Source: an uncultured Verrucomicrobiae bacterium (GTDB lineage: Bacteria > Verrucomicrobiota > Verrucomicrobiia > Limisphaerales > JAFGQR01). From it: a stretch of DNA of 64,000 bases. The stretch lies in contig CAWBHS010000011.1 in assembly GCA_963788655.1 (NCBI GenBank), positions 32,001 to 96,000 on the forward strand, read 5' to 3'. The position numbers were made by a program, and so were the translations under genes. Each line of letters begins with the position of its first letter. Position 1 is the stretch's first letter. Below, piece by piece: positions 27,671-37,914 of the stretch. Below the pieces are notes generated by a model that saw only the letters and a program-made list of their open reading frames with translations, searched no databases and was not told where the DNA came from.

Positions 27671-27790
27671 TTAGACACACTGCTCTTTCCGGACCCTTCC
27701 CGACCATCGGGGTTCAAATCATCATGGCCGAAATACAGTCTTCACCTGAGGATTCACTGAGTCTTGAAGCACGACAGGAGGTCTAACAAC
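27671..27790 (-). promoter_or_regulatory. Candidate structured 5' leader of the RRM gene
   Basis: On the mRNA strand TTAGAC pairs with GTCTAA, TGCTT with GAGCA, and there is an internal CCCGA-TGG-TCGGG hairpin; ends 4-16 nt before the possible ATGs. Confidence 0.4.
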
Positions 27791-27841
27791 CGGGATCATC
27801 ATGCCTGACTTCCGCGGTAATGCAAATCAAATTCCCGAAAA

Positions 27842-28498
27842 TCAATTGAGATGCGTTTCCTGCTGCCGGGCCGCGCAATCGGGGCAGAGACTGGGACTGA
27901 CCTGCGCGTCGCTGTAACGCTCGAGGTAAATTTCAATCCGGCTCCAGAAACCCTTCGCGTTGAGCACGCGCTTGCAGGTCACGCAAATCGGTAACAATCC
28001 GTTCAGCCGTTTCACCTCATCCAAAGTCTCCTTTAGTCGCAGGAGCAGCCGTTCCCGCTCTTCGCCGGCCTGCTTGATTTCCGCAAACAAACGGCGCTCG
28101 CGCATGACCCGGCGCACGGCCAACGGCAGCCGGGGCAAGCGATCCTTGTGGACGTAATCATCCGCGCCCCGATCAATGAGTTGTCCCGCGGTTTCCTCGT
28201 CCAGATCACCGGTTACCAGAATGAAGGGCGTCTGCTGTTGCAACGTTCCCAGCAAATCCAACACCTCCAACCCGGTCCATCCGGGCAGATGAAAATCAGA
28301 CAGCACGACATCGTAGGTCTGCCGGCTGAGCTCTTGCGTGAAGGCTTCCGGCGTGGCGACCACATCCAGTCGCACATCGTAGCCATGACTTGCCAGGGCG
28401 TGCCAGCAGAGTTCGGCATCTACCGGCGAATCTTCGACCATCAATACCTTCAGCGGTTGTCCGACAAAAAAAGCAGTCTCAAAACCTTGAGGTTTCAT
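27842..28498 (-). CDS. Response regulator (receiver plus coiled coil plus C-terminal Cys-containing domain)
   Basis: VLMVEDS, VLSDFHLP, ILVTG, GADDYVHK; LLPICVTCKR...LCPDC. Confidence 0.88.
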   Translation of the reverse strand: MKPQGFETAFFVGQPLKVLMVEDSPVDAELCWHALASHGYDVRLDVVATPEAFTQELSRQTYDVVLSDFHLPGWTGLEVLDLLGTLQQQTPFILVTGDLDEETAGQLIDRGADDYVHKDRLPRLPLAVRRVMRERRLFAEIKQAGEERERLLLRLKETLDEVKRLNGLLPICVTCKRVLNAKGFWSRIEIYLERYSDAQVSPSLCPDCAARQQETHLN

Positions 28499-28769
28499 TC
28501 ACGCAATCCAAATTACACGACTGTACCGGGTTTCGGCTGGGTCAATGCGCGTATCGATCACCCGACCGGACGATTTAGTATCAAGCCTGCTATAGTGCAG
28601 GCTGAGTGCCACTTATTGACGGAAAACGATTCAGGTCCGCCCGCCCCTGGGAAACATGAGTCGCAGGAAAGAATAAACGAAGCGGCCCTGTGGTAGTGCC
28701 ATTTCCCAGTAGCCTGAACCTTGCATTAAAATGAGGCACACACTGTCGCAAAGGGCTACGGTTTGGAAA

Positions 28770-28964
28770 TCACAACGTCCATCCCTGCCGGTATTCGCGG
28801 TGGAGGAGTCGATTGGCAGCCTGGGCGTTCGTGAACCGCAGGTCGGCGCCGTCCCACAATAGCTTCTTGTTCGAGCGGACGGCCACATTGCCCAGCAGAC
28901 AGACTTCGGTGAGCAACCCGGAGCGGTCCGGAAAATTGGAGCCAGCCGGCGCCCCGCCGCGGCA
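28770..28964 (-). pseudogene. 3' fragment of a Gfo/Idh/MocA oxidoreductase
   Basis: Hand translation [64 protein letters not shown], similar to the C-termini of the intact paralogs; no N-terminal part. Confidence 0.75.
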
Positions 28965-29107
28965 GTTGGGATGAAGATCAATCCGTGCAAGTTCGCGTCA
29001 TTGGACAGCAGCCCGCGCGCGATCGCGTCCGCCTCCTTACGTCAGCTACGTGGTGTTCAAGAGCAGTGCGACCCACGCTTTCCGGCCGGCGAGGATCTGG
29101 CATTCCT

Positions 29108-29131
29108 GGACAGACGGGACGGCAGTCCTAC
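29108..29131 (-). repeat. Single REP arm, GTAGGAC family
   Basis: Reverse complement is GTAGGACTGCCGTCCCGTCTGTCC; its TAG is the stop of the lpd-like gene. Confidence 0.7.
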
Positions 29132-30537
29132 GGGGATGACGTTCCGCCTTCGGCCATCAACGCTTCCGCCGGATAAGTCCAAATCTCTGCGAGCGTGGGA
29201 TGGTAATGCGGCATGGCGGCCAATTCAGCGACGGTGGTGTGGTGGTGCATGGCGACAACGATTTCATGAATCAATTCCCCGCCCGACGGTCCCACGCACG
29301 CACCGCCAATGATTTCTCCATTGGTCGGGTTAGCCAACAGTTTAACGAAGCCGTCCTTGGCTTCCATAATGAGCGATTTGCCGTGATCATTGAACGGGTA
29401 GCTCGCAGCCCGGTAAGCAGCACCGCCCTTTTGCGCTTCCCTTTCCGTAAGCCCCACCGTGGCCAGTTGCGGGTCGGTGAACGCCACCATGATTAACAGC
29501 CGCGTGTCCAGAGCACGCGGCCGCGCCGGAAACGCAATATTGTGTGCGGCGATCTCTCCCTGTTGCACCGCAATATGAACAATCTCGTGCGGTCCGGTGC
29601 AATCACCCGCCGCATAAATGTGGGGCGCGCTGGTTTGCATCTGATCATTGGTGATGATCCGGCCTTTCTCCGTCTGCACCTGGGCGCGGTGCAAGTCGAG
29701 TTGATCGGTGTTGGGCACCCGCCCCAGCGCATATAGAATTTCCTCCGCCATCCGTTCCACCTGTCGGCCTTGGTGAACAAACGACACCCCCTTCAAGCCG
29801 TTCTTTTGCCAGGCATCTTGAAGCTGTGTGTCCGTTAACACTTCAACCCCGTCACGGCGCAATACGGTTTCCAGGACCGAAGTAGCGTCGGGATCGAAAT
29901 GGCTTAGCACATGGGCACTGCGCTGGAGCAGGGTGATCTTCACGTCGAAGCGTGCCAGGAATTGTGCTAACTCGACGCCGACCGCGCCCCCGCCCAATAC
30001 CAGCATCGACTTGGGCAATCGGGTCATCCGCAGTACATCGTCGCTGGTTAGGTAACCCACGTCGCGCAGTTGTGGCAGGGGCGGGGGGGCAACTCTGGAG
30101 CCGGTAGCAATCACAAAATGCCTGGCGGTCAACTGGTCGCCAGTGCTCAGATTTAGCGTGTGCGCATCGGCAAACTGAGCTTCCGCACGGAGGAAAGAGA
30201 ATTGGCCGTTGGTCAGTTGCCGGGATCGGTCGTCGGCAAATTCCTTGATCAATGCATTCTTGCGCGCCATCACCTGTCCAAAGTCGAAGCCGGCGGGTTG
30301 CGGTTGCAGGCCCCAGACGGTGCTCTGGCGCGTCAAGTTCCGGACTTCCGCCGCGTAGAGCAAGGCTTTGGACGGCATGCAGCCGCGCAGGATGCACAAA
30401 CCGCCCACGTCCTCACCGCCTTCGATCACCGCCACCCGCAAGCCCGCAGCGGCGGCGGTGCGGGCCGCAGCATAACCGGCACTACCGCCCCCGATGATGA
30501 CCACGTCGTACGGCGACGATTGCTCGTTTCTCTTCAT
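29128..30537 (-). CDS. Dihydrolipoyl dehydrogenase family pyridine nucleotide-disulfide oxidoreductase
   Basis: IGGGSAG, GGLCILRGCMPSK, LGGGAVGVE, IYAAGD, YHPTLAE. Confidence 0.9.
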   Translation of the reverse strand: MKRNEQSSPYDVVIIGGGSAGYAAARTAAAAGLRVAVIEGGEDVGGLCILRGCMPSKALLYAAEVRNLTRQSTVWGLQPQPAGFDFGQVMARKNALIKEFADDRSRQLTNGQFSFLRAEAQFADAHTLNLSTGDQLTARHFVIATGSRVAPPPLPQLRDVGYLTSDDVLRMTRLPKSMLVLGGGAVGVELAQFLARFDVKITLLQRSAHVLSHFDPDATSVLETVLRRDGVEVLTDTQLQDAWQKNGLKGVSFVHQGRQVERMAEEILYALGRVPNTDQLDLHRAQVQTEKGRIITNDQMQTSAPHIYAAGDCTGPHEIVHIAVQQGEIAAHNIAFPARPRALDTRLLIMVAFTDPQLATVGLTEREAQKGGAAYRAASYPFNDHGKSLIMEAKDGFVKLLANPTNGEIIGGACVGPSGGELIHEIVVAMHHHTTVAELAAMPHYHPTLAEIWTYPAEALMAEGGTSSP

Positions 30538-30635
30538 GCCGCGATCATGGCTGGAGATGAATGGGCTTTGAAGCAAAACCATCGACTGGTTTCCTTGGAT
30601 TGAATCCGGCAGGTGTTTGCGTCTATGCTGGAGCA

Positions 30636-31697
30636 ATGTGGAAAAGTTTGAAGCAGCCCTGGTTGGCATTCGGATTCAGCCTCGTCTTTGGACCGGCGAT
30701 CTTCTCCGGTTGTTGTTCTCCGAAGGCCGGCCATTCCGACGAATCGCTGAACCGGTATGAGTTCACCGAACCGCAAATGGGCATGCCGTTCCGGATCGTG
30801 CTCTATGCTCCGGATCAAACCCAGGCCGCGGCGGCGGCTACGGCGGCCTTTCAACGCGTAACCCAACTGAATGCGGTCCTTAGCGATTACGACACCGACA
30901 GTGAATTGAGCCGCCTCTCCCAAACGGCGGGCCAAGGCCAAACCGTGAAATTGAGCCCGGACTTGTGGTTTATCCTTGAACGCGCACAATCGCTGGCCCG
31001 CCGCACCCATGGCGCTTTCGACGCAACCGCCGGCCCGTACATCAGCCTTTGGCGGAAGGCGCGCCGGACCAAGGAATTGCCTTCCGCCAGGTCATTGGCG
31101 CTCGCACGTGAGACGGTGGGGTACGGCAAATTGCGCCTAATTCCGCGCGACCATACCGCGCAACTCATGCTCACTTACATGCGGCTGGACTTGGGCGGCA
31201 TCGCTAAAGGTTATGCGCTTGACGAAGCATTGAAGGTTCTCAAACAGCAAGGGATCACCCGCGCGCTGGTCACGGGCGGCGGCGACATGGCCGTCGGTGA
31301 ACCGCCGCCGGGCAAGCCGGGTTGGCGAATTGAAATCGCGCCGTTGGATGTTACCAACGCGCCGCCCAAACGCTTTGTGTTGCTACGCAACGTCGGCCTC
31401 GCCACCTCCGGCGATCTGTTTCAACATGTCGAAATCAATGGTAAACGTTACTCGCACATTGTTGATCCGCGGACGGGCCTCGGCCTGACAGATCACAGCC
31501 TGGTGACCGTGATTGCTCCTACCGCCATCACCGCTGACAGCCTGGCCACCGCCGTCAGCGTGCTGGGACCAGTGGCCGGGCGAGAACTCATCGAGCAAAC
31601 GCCCGGCGTGGCGGCCTATATGGTCCGTCAACCCGAAGATGAAATTGAGACCTTTGCGTCAAAGCGTCTGCCGAAGTATCTGGAGACGACCGAGTAA
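30636..31697 (+). CDS. apbE: FAD:protein FMN transferase (ApbE), lipoprotein
   Basis: Lipobox-like FSGC, GAFDAT, LDLGGIAKGYALD, ATSGD, YSHIVDPRTG, ADSLATA. Confidence 0.93.
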   Translation: MWKSLKQPWLAFGFSLVFGPAIFSGCCSPKAGHSDESLNRYEFTEPQMGMPFRIVLYAPDQTQAAAAATAAFQRVTQLNAVLSDYDTDSELSRLSQTAGQGQTVKLSPDLWFILERAQSLARRTHGAFDATAGPYISLWRKARRTKELPSARSLALARETVGYGKLRLIPRDHTAQLMLTYMRLDLGGIAKGYALDEALKVLKQQGITRALVTGGGDMAVGEPPPGKPGWRIEIAPLDVTNAPPKRFVLLRNVGLATSGDLFQHVEINGKRYSHIVDPRTGLGLTDHSLVTVIAPTAITADSLATAVSVLGPVAGRELIEQTPGVAAYMVRQPEDEIETFASKRLPKYLETTE

Positions 31698-31751
31698 TTC
31701 GGCCGTCATTTCCGGGCGGGGTTGCGTGATCAGGGCGAGGTCATTTGCGAG

Positions 31752-33099
31752 TCAGCGCTTTTGGCGCGCGTCCTGAAGGGCGGTGGCCGCATTGATGTCG
31801 TTCCCTTCCAAGTGGACGGTGCCCACTTTTTCTTCCAATACGATGCCAAACTCTTGCTTACGCTCACCGCCGGTGCGCGTGTCGCGAATGGTGTTATCCT
31901 TGAAAACCAGGTCGCGCGTTTCCCCCCGCACGCGGATACCCGCCACGGCGCGCTGGCGGCCATTGTTTTCAATGAGATTGTTTTCGACCCGGTTCCGGTG
32001 CCCGGCCATGCCTTCGGTTTCGTTGCGAAAGAAGATGCCGTCCTCGCTGTTGCCTTGAACCGTGTTGCCACGGATTAAATTGTCGGTGTCCTTGTGGCCG
32101 ATGCTGATGCCGAACCGCCCGTTCCCCTCGAGGGTGTTCTCCTCGAAGCGACCGTTCTTGACCCGCCAGCACAGGAACAAACCGTCCTGGCCATTGCCCC
32201 GCGCCGTGCAGCCACGGACCAGCGGACGCTGCGAGCCGCTGCCCGGATGAATGCCCAGTGCAGCGTTGTCTTCGCTCACACAATCAAGCACCTGCACGTC
32301 GTTGCACTGCTGGAAGCTGATGCCGTCGCCGTGGTAATGGCGCACGGTGCAGCGAGAAATCACCGCGCCCGGACAGCGATAGAGAAAGATACCGCCGCCG
32401 CGGCAGCCGTTGAGCGATACGTTCTCATCCTTGTTGCCCTCGATGGTGAGCCTTTCCACTCGCGAGCCCTCCACGTCGTAGCCGCTAATTATGGGAAAGA
32501 CCGTCGCTGCTTGGGCGCCATTTGCCACCATGCAATCGGCATTCAGCGGCAAGCTGATGGCAAACGTGTCTCCATTCCGGCCCGTGATGCGCGCAACGGT
32601 GGTATGAAATCCGCCGGCATTCTTGTCCCATACTGCCACGCCATCGCCCACCGCAAAGCCCGCCGGAATTTGCAGCGTGATTTGTTCCTCGCCATAGTCG
32701 CCGTCGAGCGCGAGTGGCGACGTGGCGGCCTTGGCTTTGCGCAGAACCGTCGTCTCTCCCTGTCCGCGCACCGTAACTCGCGACCGCAGGTGCAAGGAGT
32801 CGCGCATCAGGAACTCGCCCGGTCCAATTCGTAACCGTGCCGCCGCCCAGGCCGGCGACATAATCCACGGCGGCCTGGAGCGCTCGGTTGTCGCGGCCTA
32901 TGATGTCTGCGTCGCGCAAGCCAACGGTGACGTGCGGTAGCACTGTCATCGCCCCGTGCATGGCGGTGGGAAGTTGGCGATACGGCGAAGGCGCGACCGG
33001 CGCGGCATTATCCGCGGCGGATGAATCTCGCGGAATGGTCAGACCCAGTGACAGAATGCCGGCAAGCAGGAGGGGCTCGAACACGCTGCGGTTTTTCAT
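31752..33099 (-). CDS. Secreted right-handed parallel beta-helix (pectin lyase-fold) protein; +1 frameshift near 32833
   Basis: Signal peptide and ALQAAVDYVAGLGGGTV in one frame join RIGPGEF and N..GN..GI repeats in the next. Confidence 0.82.
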
Positions 33100-33241
33100 G
33101 GAAGGAACGCTATCAGCGGCCTCGGTGAATTGCACGCGGAAACCAGAGCGATTTCCCGTTCCGCCGTGCCGATCTCCGAGCTGAATCGAGGAGATACAGA
33201 TCAAGGGGAGCGCACCCGTGCGCGGGCACACTCCCGGCCTA

Positions 33242-34670
33242 TTACAACGCCGGGAGCGGCACTCCTTGGTGGCAAGCTTCCTCGGTACAGTTTGGCCGCC
33301 CGTTGATCCTCACCCAGCAACTTGCTGGTCCAATACTGTTCGACCACGGCGCTGGCGCTCAACGGATTCAGCTCGTATTCAAGGGCGTTCCGCAACCGAG
33401 CTGTTTCATTGGCTTTTAATCGCTGGGCCACCACCGCTGCCTGCGCGGGATCGGTGGCGCGGAGGGCGGCCCATTCCTCAATGGTTACCCATCCCGCAAA
33501 GCGCTGGACGTTTTCCTTCTCCAAGGCGATTGCCTGCGCGACGTTTGGGTTCTGGCGAACCAACTCAGCCATTTGACCCCCACCTTCCAACAGCAGCAAG
33601 ATCAAGTGTTGGGGTGAGAGGGCACGGCGGGTCTGACTCGCCAGTTCGGCGTAAGCCTTGTTTTGTCGGGCGAGTTCGGCACTGGCGCAACAATAGTGAG
33701 CGGAAAGCAATGCATAATGACTGCCGGCATTGGGGTGGCTGGCATAAGCGGCCCGGGCTGCTTCGAGCAGTTGGCGTTCATCCACGGCGGCGCCATATTT
33801 GGCGGCGGCTTGCCGGTAGCCCAGCAGGCCCACGGTCACATAGTGGGCCGTCAAGGGATGGGCTTTCACCGGGCTGGAATTCAACAGACTTTCGAACGTG
33901 TGAATCCGCGTCGCCAAGCGTTCCTGGTATTCCTGGTCGTGCTCGCCCCGGTAGGCTTCCCGCGAGCGTTGGGTGATTTCCTGTAAATCAGGCGCCGCCA
34001 CTTGAAACCGCTGGCGCAGTTTCTTCAATTCCTCCAAGTCCCGGAAGCCACCGTGGATTGCCAGAGCCAATTGGTACAAACTCAAATTCTTGGGCGCGAG
34101 CAACAGGGCCTTGTCCAGGTATCCCAATCCCTTCTGCATGCTGTCGCTGTTGCGGAGCTTGGTGAAGACCGTTTCGCGGGCCGCCTCATCGGAATAAAGC
34201 AACGCAAGCGACGACAACTCCGGCGCCTCGCCGACCGCTTCGGTGCGGATGGCGTCGCGCATGACATCCATCACCGCGCGCGAAATCAGACAATGCACCG
34301 TGTTGTTCAGGAGAATACTGTCGCTGGGATCCAGCGTGATCGCCTCCTCCAGCAACGCCAGACCCCGTTGGTGGTCGGCGGAGTGGCCGGTTGCCTCGAA
34401 CAGATCGAAATAAACCAAACCGCAATTGTTCAACGACGCGGCGGTCCGCGGCAACTTCTGATAACCATCGATCGCCAGGCGCAGATATTTGGCCGCCTCG
34501 GTTTTCTGGCCGGCCTGGAGCGCTTTCTCCCCGCGCGCTCCATTGAGTGAACACTGGGTCCACGCGCTGTCGGGATCGCCCTTTTCCAACCAGGCGATTT
34601 GGTCGTCGATGTCCTTTTGCGCGTGAGCCCGCAACGCAGGCTTCGGAGTGCAGGACGTAACGACCGCCAC
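33242..34670 (-). CDS. TPR-like alpha-helical protein, likely 5'-truncated; +1 frameshift near 33285 (repaired end EEACHQGVPLPAL*)
   Basis: TPR-like LEEAITLDPSD and YLDKALLLAPKN; no convincing start, with an in-frame stop 10 codons upstream of the GTG. Confidence 0.6.
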
Positions 34671-34772
34671 ATTCTCCCCACCAATGCGGTTCCAGGTTCA
34701 TAGCGTTGCGATTCAAACGCAAACTCACTACTCGATCGATCGGGATTTTCGCAATTTTCTTCACCGACAAGG

Positions 34773-34889
34773 GTAGGACAGGCGTCCCGTCTGTCTCGGA
34801 TTCGCCAAGAACGTTCATCCCTTCTTAGAACGCCTGAAGGCCAACGAGCGCTCTTTGGCCATTCGGGATCGCCGGGACGGCTGTCCTAC
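34773..34889. repeat. REPIN, GTAGGACAG family, copy 2
   Basis: GTAGGACAGGCGTCCCGTCTGTCTCGGA ... GCCGGGACGGCTGTCCTAC; the CTA is the coaX stop. Confidence 0.88.
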
Positions 34890-35638
34890 GGAAAATGCGC
34901 TGACCACTCGAGCCGCAATCCCTCCAGCGTCAGCAGCGGTTCGACGGCTTTAATTTCCGGCAAACCTTCGGCCATGAGTTGCGCGTAACCCCCCGTGGCT
35001 ACCAATGGCAATCGGCGGCAATCCAATGCTTGCCTCAATTCGCGAATCAATCCCCGCACCAATCCCCGGTAACCATGCATGGCCCCGATCAACATGGCTT
35101 CGGTCGTGCTCCGGCCAATTACTTTGCTGATCTCCCGGATGCGAATACGCGGCAGCAAGGCGGTTTTTTCGTGCAAATAATCGGTCATGGCCGACAGCCC
35201 GGGAGCGATGATGCCACCCACGTAATCGCCGTGCTGATCGATGACATCAAACGTAACCGCAGTGCCGAAGTCCACGGCCACGGCTGGCGCGCCAAAATGG
35301 TGCTTCACGGCCACGGCATTGGCGAGCCGGTCCGGGCCGATGGTGCGCGGTTTTGGATAGTTCACGCCCACTCCCCTGACGGTGGCGGACGTGAGTTCCA
35401 ATACGGGTTGCCGCCATTCCTGGCGTAGCCACCGGCGCGCAGCCACGGTTGCGTGCGGCACGACGCTGCACAACGCCGTTCCGGAAATCGCGGCGCTGCG
35501 CACAAACCGCTTGATGGCTCGTCCGCTGTCATGCGAGAGCCAACCCGCGGTCAGTATCTCAGTCTGCCGGACAATGCGCGTTTCATTCGCCAGTCCGAGA
35601 TGCGTGTGGGTGTTGCCGATGTCGAGCAGGAGCAGCAT
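34886..35638 (-). CDS. coaX: Type III pantothenate kinase
   Basis: LDIGNT, CSVVP, IGPDR, VDFGTAVTFD, GGIIAPG, ATGG, LTLEGL. Confidence 0.95.
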   Translation of the reverse strand: MLLLLDIGNTHTHLGLANETRIVRQTEILTAGWLSHDSGRAIKRFVRSAAISGTALCSVVPHATVAARRWLRQEWRQPVLELTSATVRGVGVNYPKPRTIGPDRLANAVAVKHHFGAPAVAVDFGTAVTFDVIDQHGDYVGGIIAPGLSAMTDYLHEKTALLPRIRIREISKVIGRSTTEAMLIGAMHGYRGLVRGLIRELRQALDCRRLPLVATGGYAQLMAEGLPEIKAVEPLLTLEGLRLEWSAHFP

Positions 35639-35644
35639 GCGCAC

Positions 35645-36625
35645 TTACGTTTCCAAGGTGACATCCCCGCCCACAATCCGTTCCAAATGGCCGTGTGTCG
35701 TGCGTAGGAGCAGGGCGCCGGTTTCATCGAGCGCTTCCGCCTGGCCCTGCAGGACGGTGCCTCCCAAATTGATGCTCACGGTTTGGCCGAGGGTGGTGCA
35801 GCGAGCGGCCCATTCACTGGCAACTTGCGGGAATTGATTTTGGCAAACACGCGTGTAGTCTGCATCCAACTCCCGCAAAATCACTGCGGCGAGGTCTGCC
35901 CGGCGGAAATGGCGTCCGGCCTCGAGCTTCAAGGACGTCGCCAGCTTGCGCAATTCCGGGGGTAGATCGCTGCTGGTCAGATTCACGTCCACCCCAATGC
36001 CGAGGACCAGATACTTGATGTGGTCCAGTTCCGCGCTCAGCTCGGTCAAAATTCCCGCCACCTTTTTTCCGTCAATCAAGATGTCATTGGGCCACTTGAT
36101 CTGCGGTTCCAGGCTGGTTGCCAGTTGCAGGCTTCGCGCCAGCGCGTTGGCGGCGGCGACGGTGAGTTGCGTGGCGGCTTCCGGGCGCAAATCCGGGCGC
36201 AACACCACCGAGAACCACAGCCCCTTGTGCGCGGGGGAAATCCAGGTGCGTCCCAACCGGCCGCGGCCGCGCGACTGGGATTCGGCGAACACGACCACCC
36301 CCTCGGGCGCGCCGTCACGGGCCAGCTTCTCGGCCACGTCGTTGGTGGAATTGGTTTCTTGGAATACCCGGATGTCGCGGCCCACGACCCGATGGCCGTC
36401 CACCAGGGATAACAAGTCATCGGCGTGCAGCACATCGGGTACGCTCACCAACCGGTACCCCTGGTGCGGGCTGGCCTCGATTTCGTATCCCAGCGAACGA
36501 AGTTCCTCGATCCGAGCCCAAATGGCCGCCCGCGAAATGCCCAGTTGCCGCGACAGTTCGGCGCCCGACACGGCGGGTTGATCCACCGCTCGCAGCGCCT
36601 TCAAGATTTGCGCGTCAATGGTCAT
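35645..36625 (-). CDS. birA: Bifunctional biotin--[acetyl-CoA-carboxylase] ligase / biotin repressor
   Basis: HTH SGAELSRQLGISRAAIW, STND, QSRGRGRLGRTW, IKWPND, KVAGILTE. Confidence 0.95.
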   Translation of the reverse strand: MTIDAQILKALRAVDQPAVSGAELSRQLGISRAAIWARIEELRSLGYEIEASPHQGYRLVSVPDVLHADDLLSLVDGHRVVGRDIRVFQETNSTNDVAEKLARDGAPEGVVVFAESQSRGRGRLGRTWISPAHKGLWFSVVLRPDLRPEAATQLTVAAANALARSLQLATSLEPQIKWPNDILIDGKKVAGILTELSAELDHIKYLVLGIGVDVNLTSSDLPPELRKLATSLKLEAGRHFRRADLAAVILRELDADYTRVCQNQFPQVASEWAARCTTLGQTVSINLGGTVLQGQAEALDETGALLLRTTHGHLERIVGGDVTLET

Positions 36626-36664
36626 GATATGGGGCATCACGGAATCGAATTGGACACCATTGGA

Positions 36665-37519
36665 TCATGTTTGAAAATCCAAGGCAATATCCACGGCGCG
36701 CGCGGAATGGGTGAGCGCCCCGACCGAGATAAAGTCCACTCCCGTTTCGGCAATTGCGCGCGCGCGCTCGAGGGTGACGCCGCCACTAGCTTCCAATTTC
36801 GCCCGCCCGGCGGTCCGGTCCACCGCCTGGCGCATCTGGCTAAGTTCCATGTTGTCCAGCAGAATGATATCGGCGCCTGCCGCCAAAGCCTGATCCACCT
36901 GATCAAGGTTGTCCGCCTCGACCTCGACCTGGAGCTGGGGGAATCGAGTCCGAGCACGTTCCACTGCTGCGGCGATCGGATTGGGTTGGGCAGCCGTCAG
37001 TGCGGCGAGATGATTGTCTTTGATGAGCACCAGGTCAAAAAGTCCGAACCGGTGGTTGCGTCCGCCGCCGCAGTGGACGGCGTATTTCTCGAGACGCCGC
37101 CAACCCGGCGTGGTTTTGCGCGTGTCCAGGATTTGCGCCCCGGTCCCCGCGACCGCCTGCACGAATTGGGTCGTCAACGTGGCAATGCCGGACAGACGTT
37201 GGACAAAGTTCAGTGCCACGCGCTCCGCGGTCAATAGGGCGCGCGCCGTTCCGGAGAGTTGCAGCAGAACGGCCCCCGTTTCGACTGCCTGGCCGTCTTG
37301 GGCGATGCGCTTGATTTGCACGGTTGAGGCCAATGCCTTGAAGGTGGCTTCGGCCAGTCCGACTCCGGCCAGCACCAGGGGTTCGCGCGCCACCATTCGG
37401 GCAGCGGCGGACAACTCTTCCGGTACGGTCGCCAAGGTTGTGGCATCCCCGCTGCCGACGTCTTCGGCCAAGGCCGCCTTCACCACGCGCTGAATTTCCT
37501 CAGCCGACATGCATTCCAT
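36665..37519 (-). CDS. nadC: Nicotinate-nucleotide diphosphorylase (carboxylating)
   Basis: ALAEDVGSGDATT, DTRKTTPG, NHRFGL, LIKDNH, LLDNM, EASGG, SVGALTHS. Confidence 0.96.
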   Translation of the reverse strand: MECMSAEEIQRVVKAALAEDVGSGDATTLATVPEELSAAARMVAREPLVLAGVGLAEATFKALASTVQIKRIAQDGQAVETGAVLLQLSGTARALLTAERVALNFVQRLSGIATLTTQFVQAVAGTGAQILDTRKTTPGWRRLEKYAVHCGGGRNHRFGLFDLVLIKDNHLAALTAAQPNPIAAAVERARTRFPQLQVEVEADNLDQVDQALAAGADIILLDNMELSQMRQAVDRTAGRAKLEASGGVTLERARAIAETGVDFISVGALTHSARAVDIALDFQT

Positions 37520-37595
37520 GGCGAAAGACTGAACGAAGGGCGGCAGAGGATGAAGCAAAATGTTCGGCGTGACCGGAAGGAACGAGCAGGGAAAT

Positions 37596-37639
37596 GAAAT
37601 CCGAAGACCGGAAATCCGAGATCCGAAAGAAGTCCGAAG
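37596..37639. repeat. Degenerate heptamer tandem repeat (GAAATCC-like)
   Basis: GAAATCC GAAGACC G GAAATCC GAGATCC GAAA GAAGTCC GAAG. Confidence 0.6.
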
Positions 37640-37685
37640 CCGTGACTATTCAGTTGCTGGAGCAGTGATAAGGCGATTCGGCGTG

Positions 37686-37816
37686 GTAGGACAGGCGTCT
37701 CGCCTGTCTCGAATAACCAAAGGCATTCTCACCTTTTGGTGACTTGGAGAGACTTCCGGCGCCGTTACAAGTCGATGGTTTGCAGTCGTTCGGGACAGGC
37801 GGGACGCCTGTCCTAC
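37686..37816. repeat. REPIN, GTAGGACAG family, copy 3
   Basis: GTAGGACAGGCGTCTCGCCTGTCTCGAA ... TTCGGGACAGGCGGGACGCCTGTCCTAC. Confidence 0.9.
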
Positions 37817-37914
37817 TGAATAGTCACAGTTAAGTCGGATTTGCGCTCGTTGGCGATGGCGGAGCAAAAACTTGCGGGTTCTTGTTGAGTCTTGCGCACC
37901 AAGTATTAATAATT

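Noticed and set aside
29128..30537. Mercuric reductase MerA
   Set aside because: No C-terminal Cys-Cys pair, no N-terminal metal-binding domain and no mer genes; it has the lipoamide dehydrogenase-type HPTLAE
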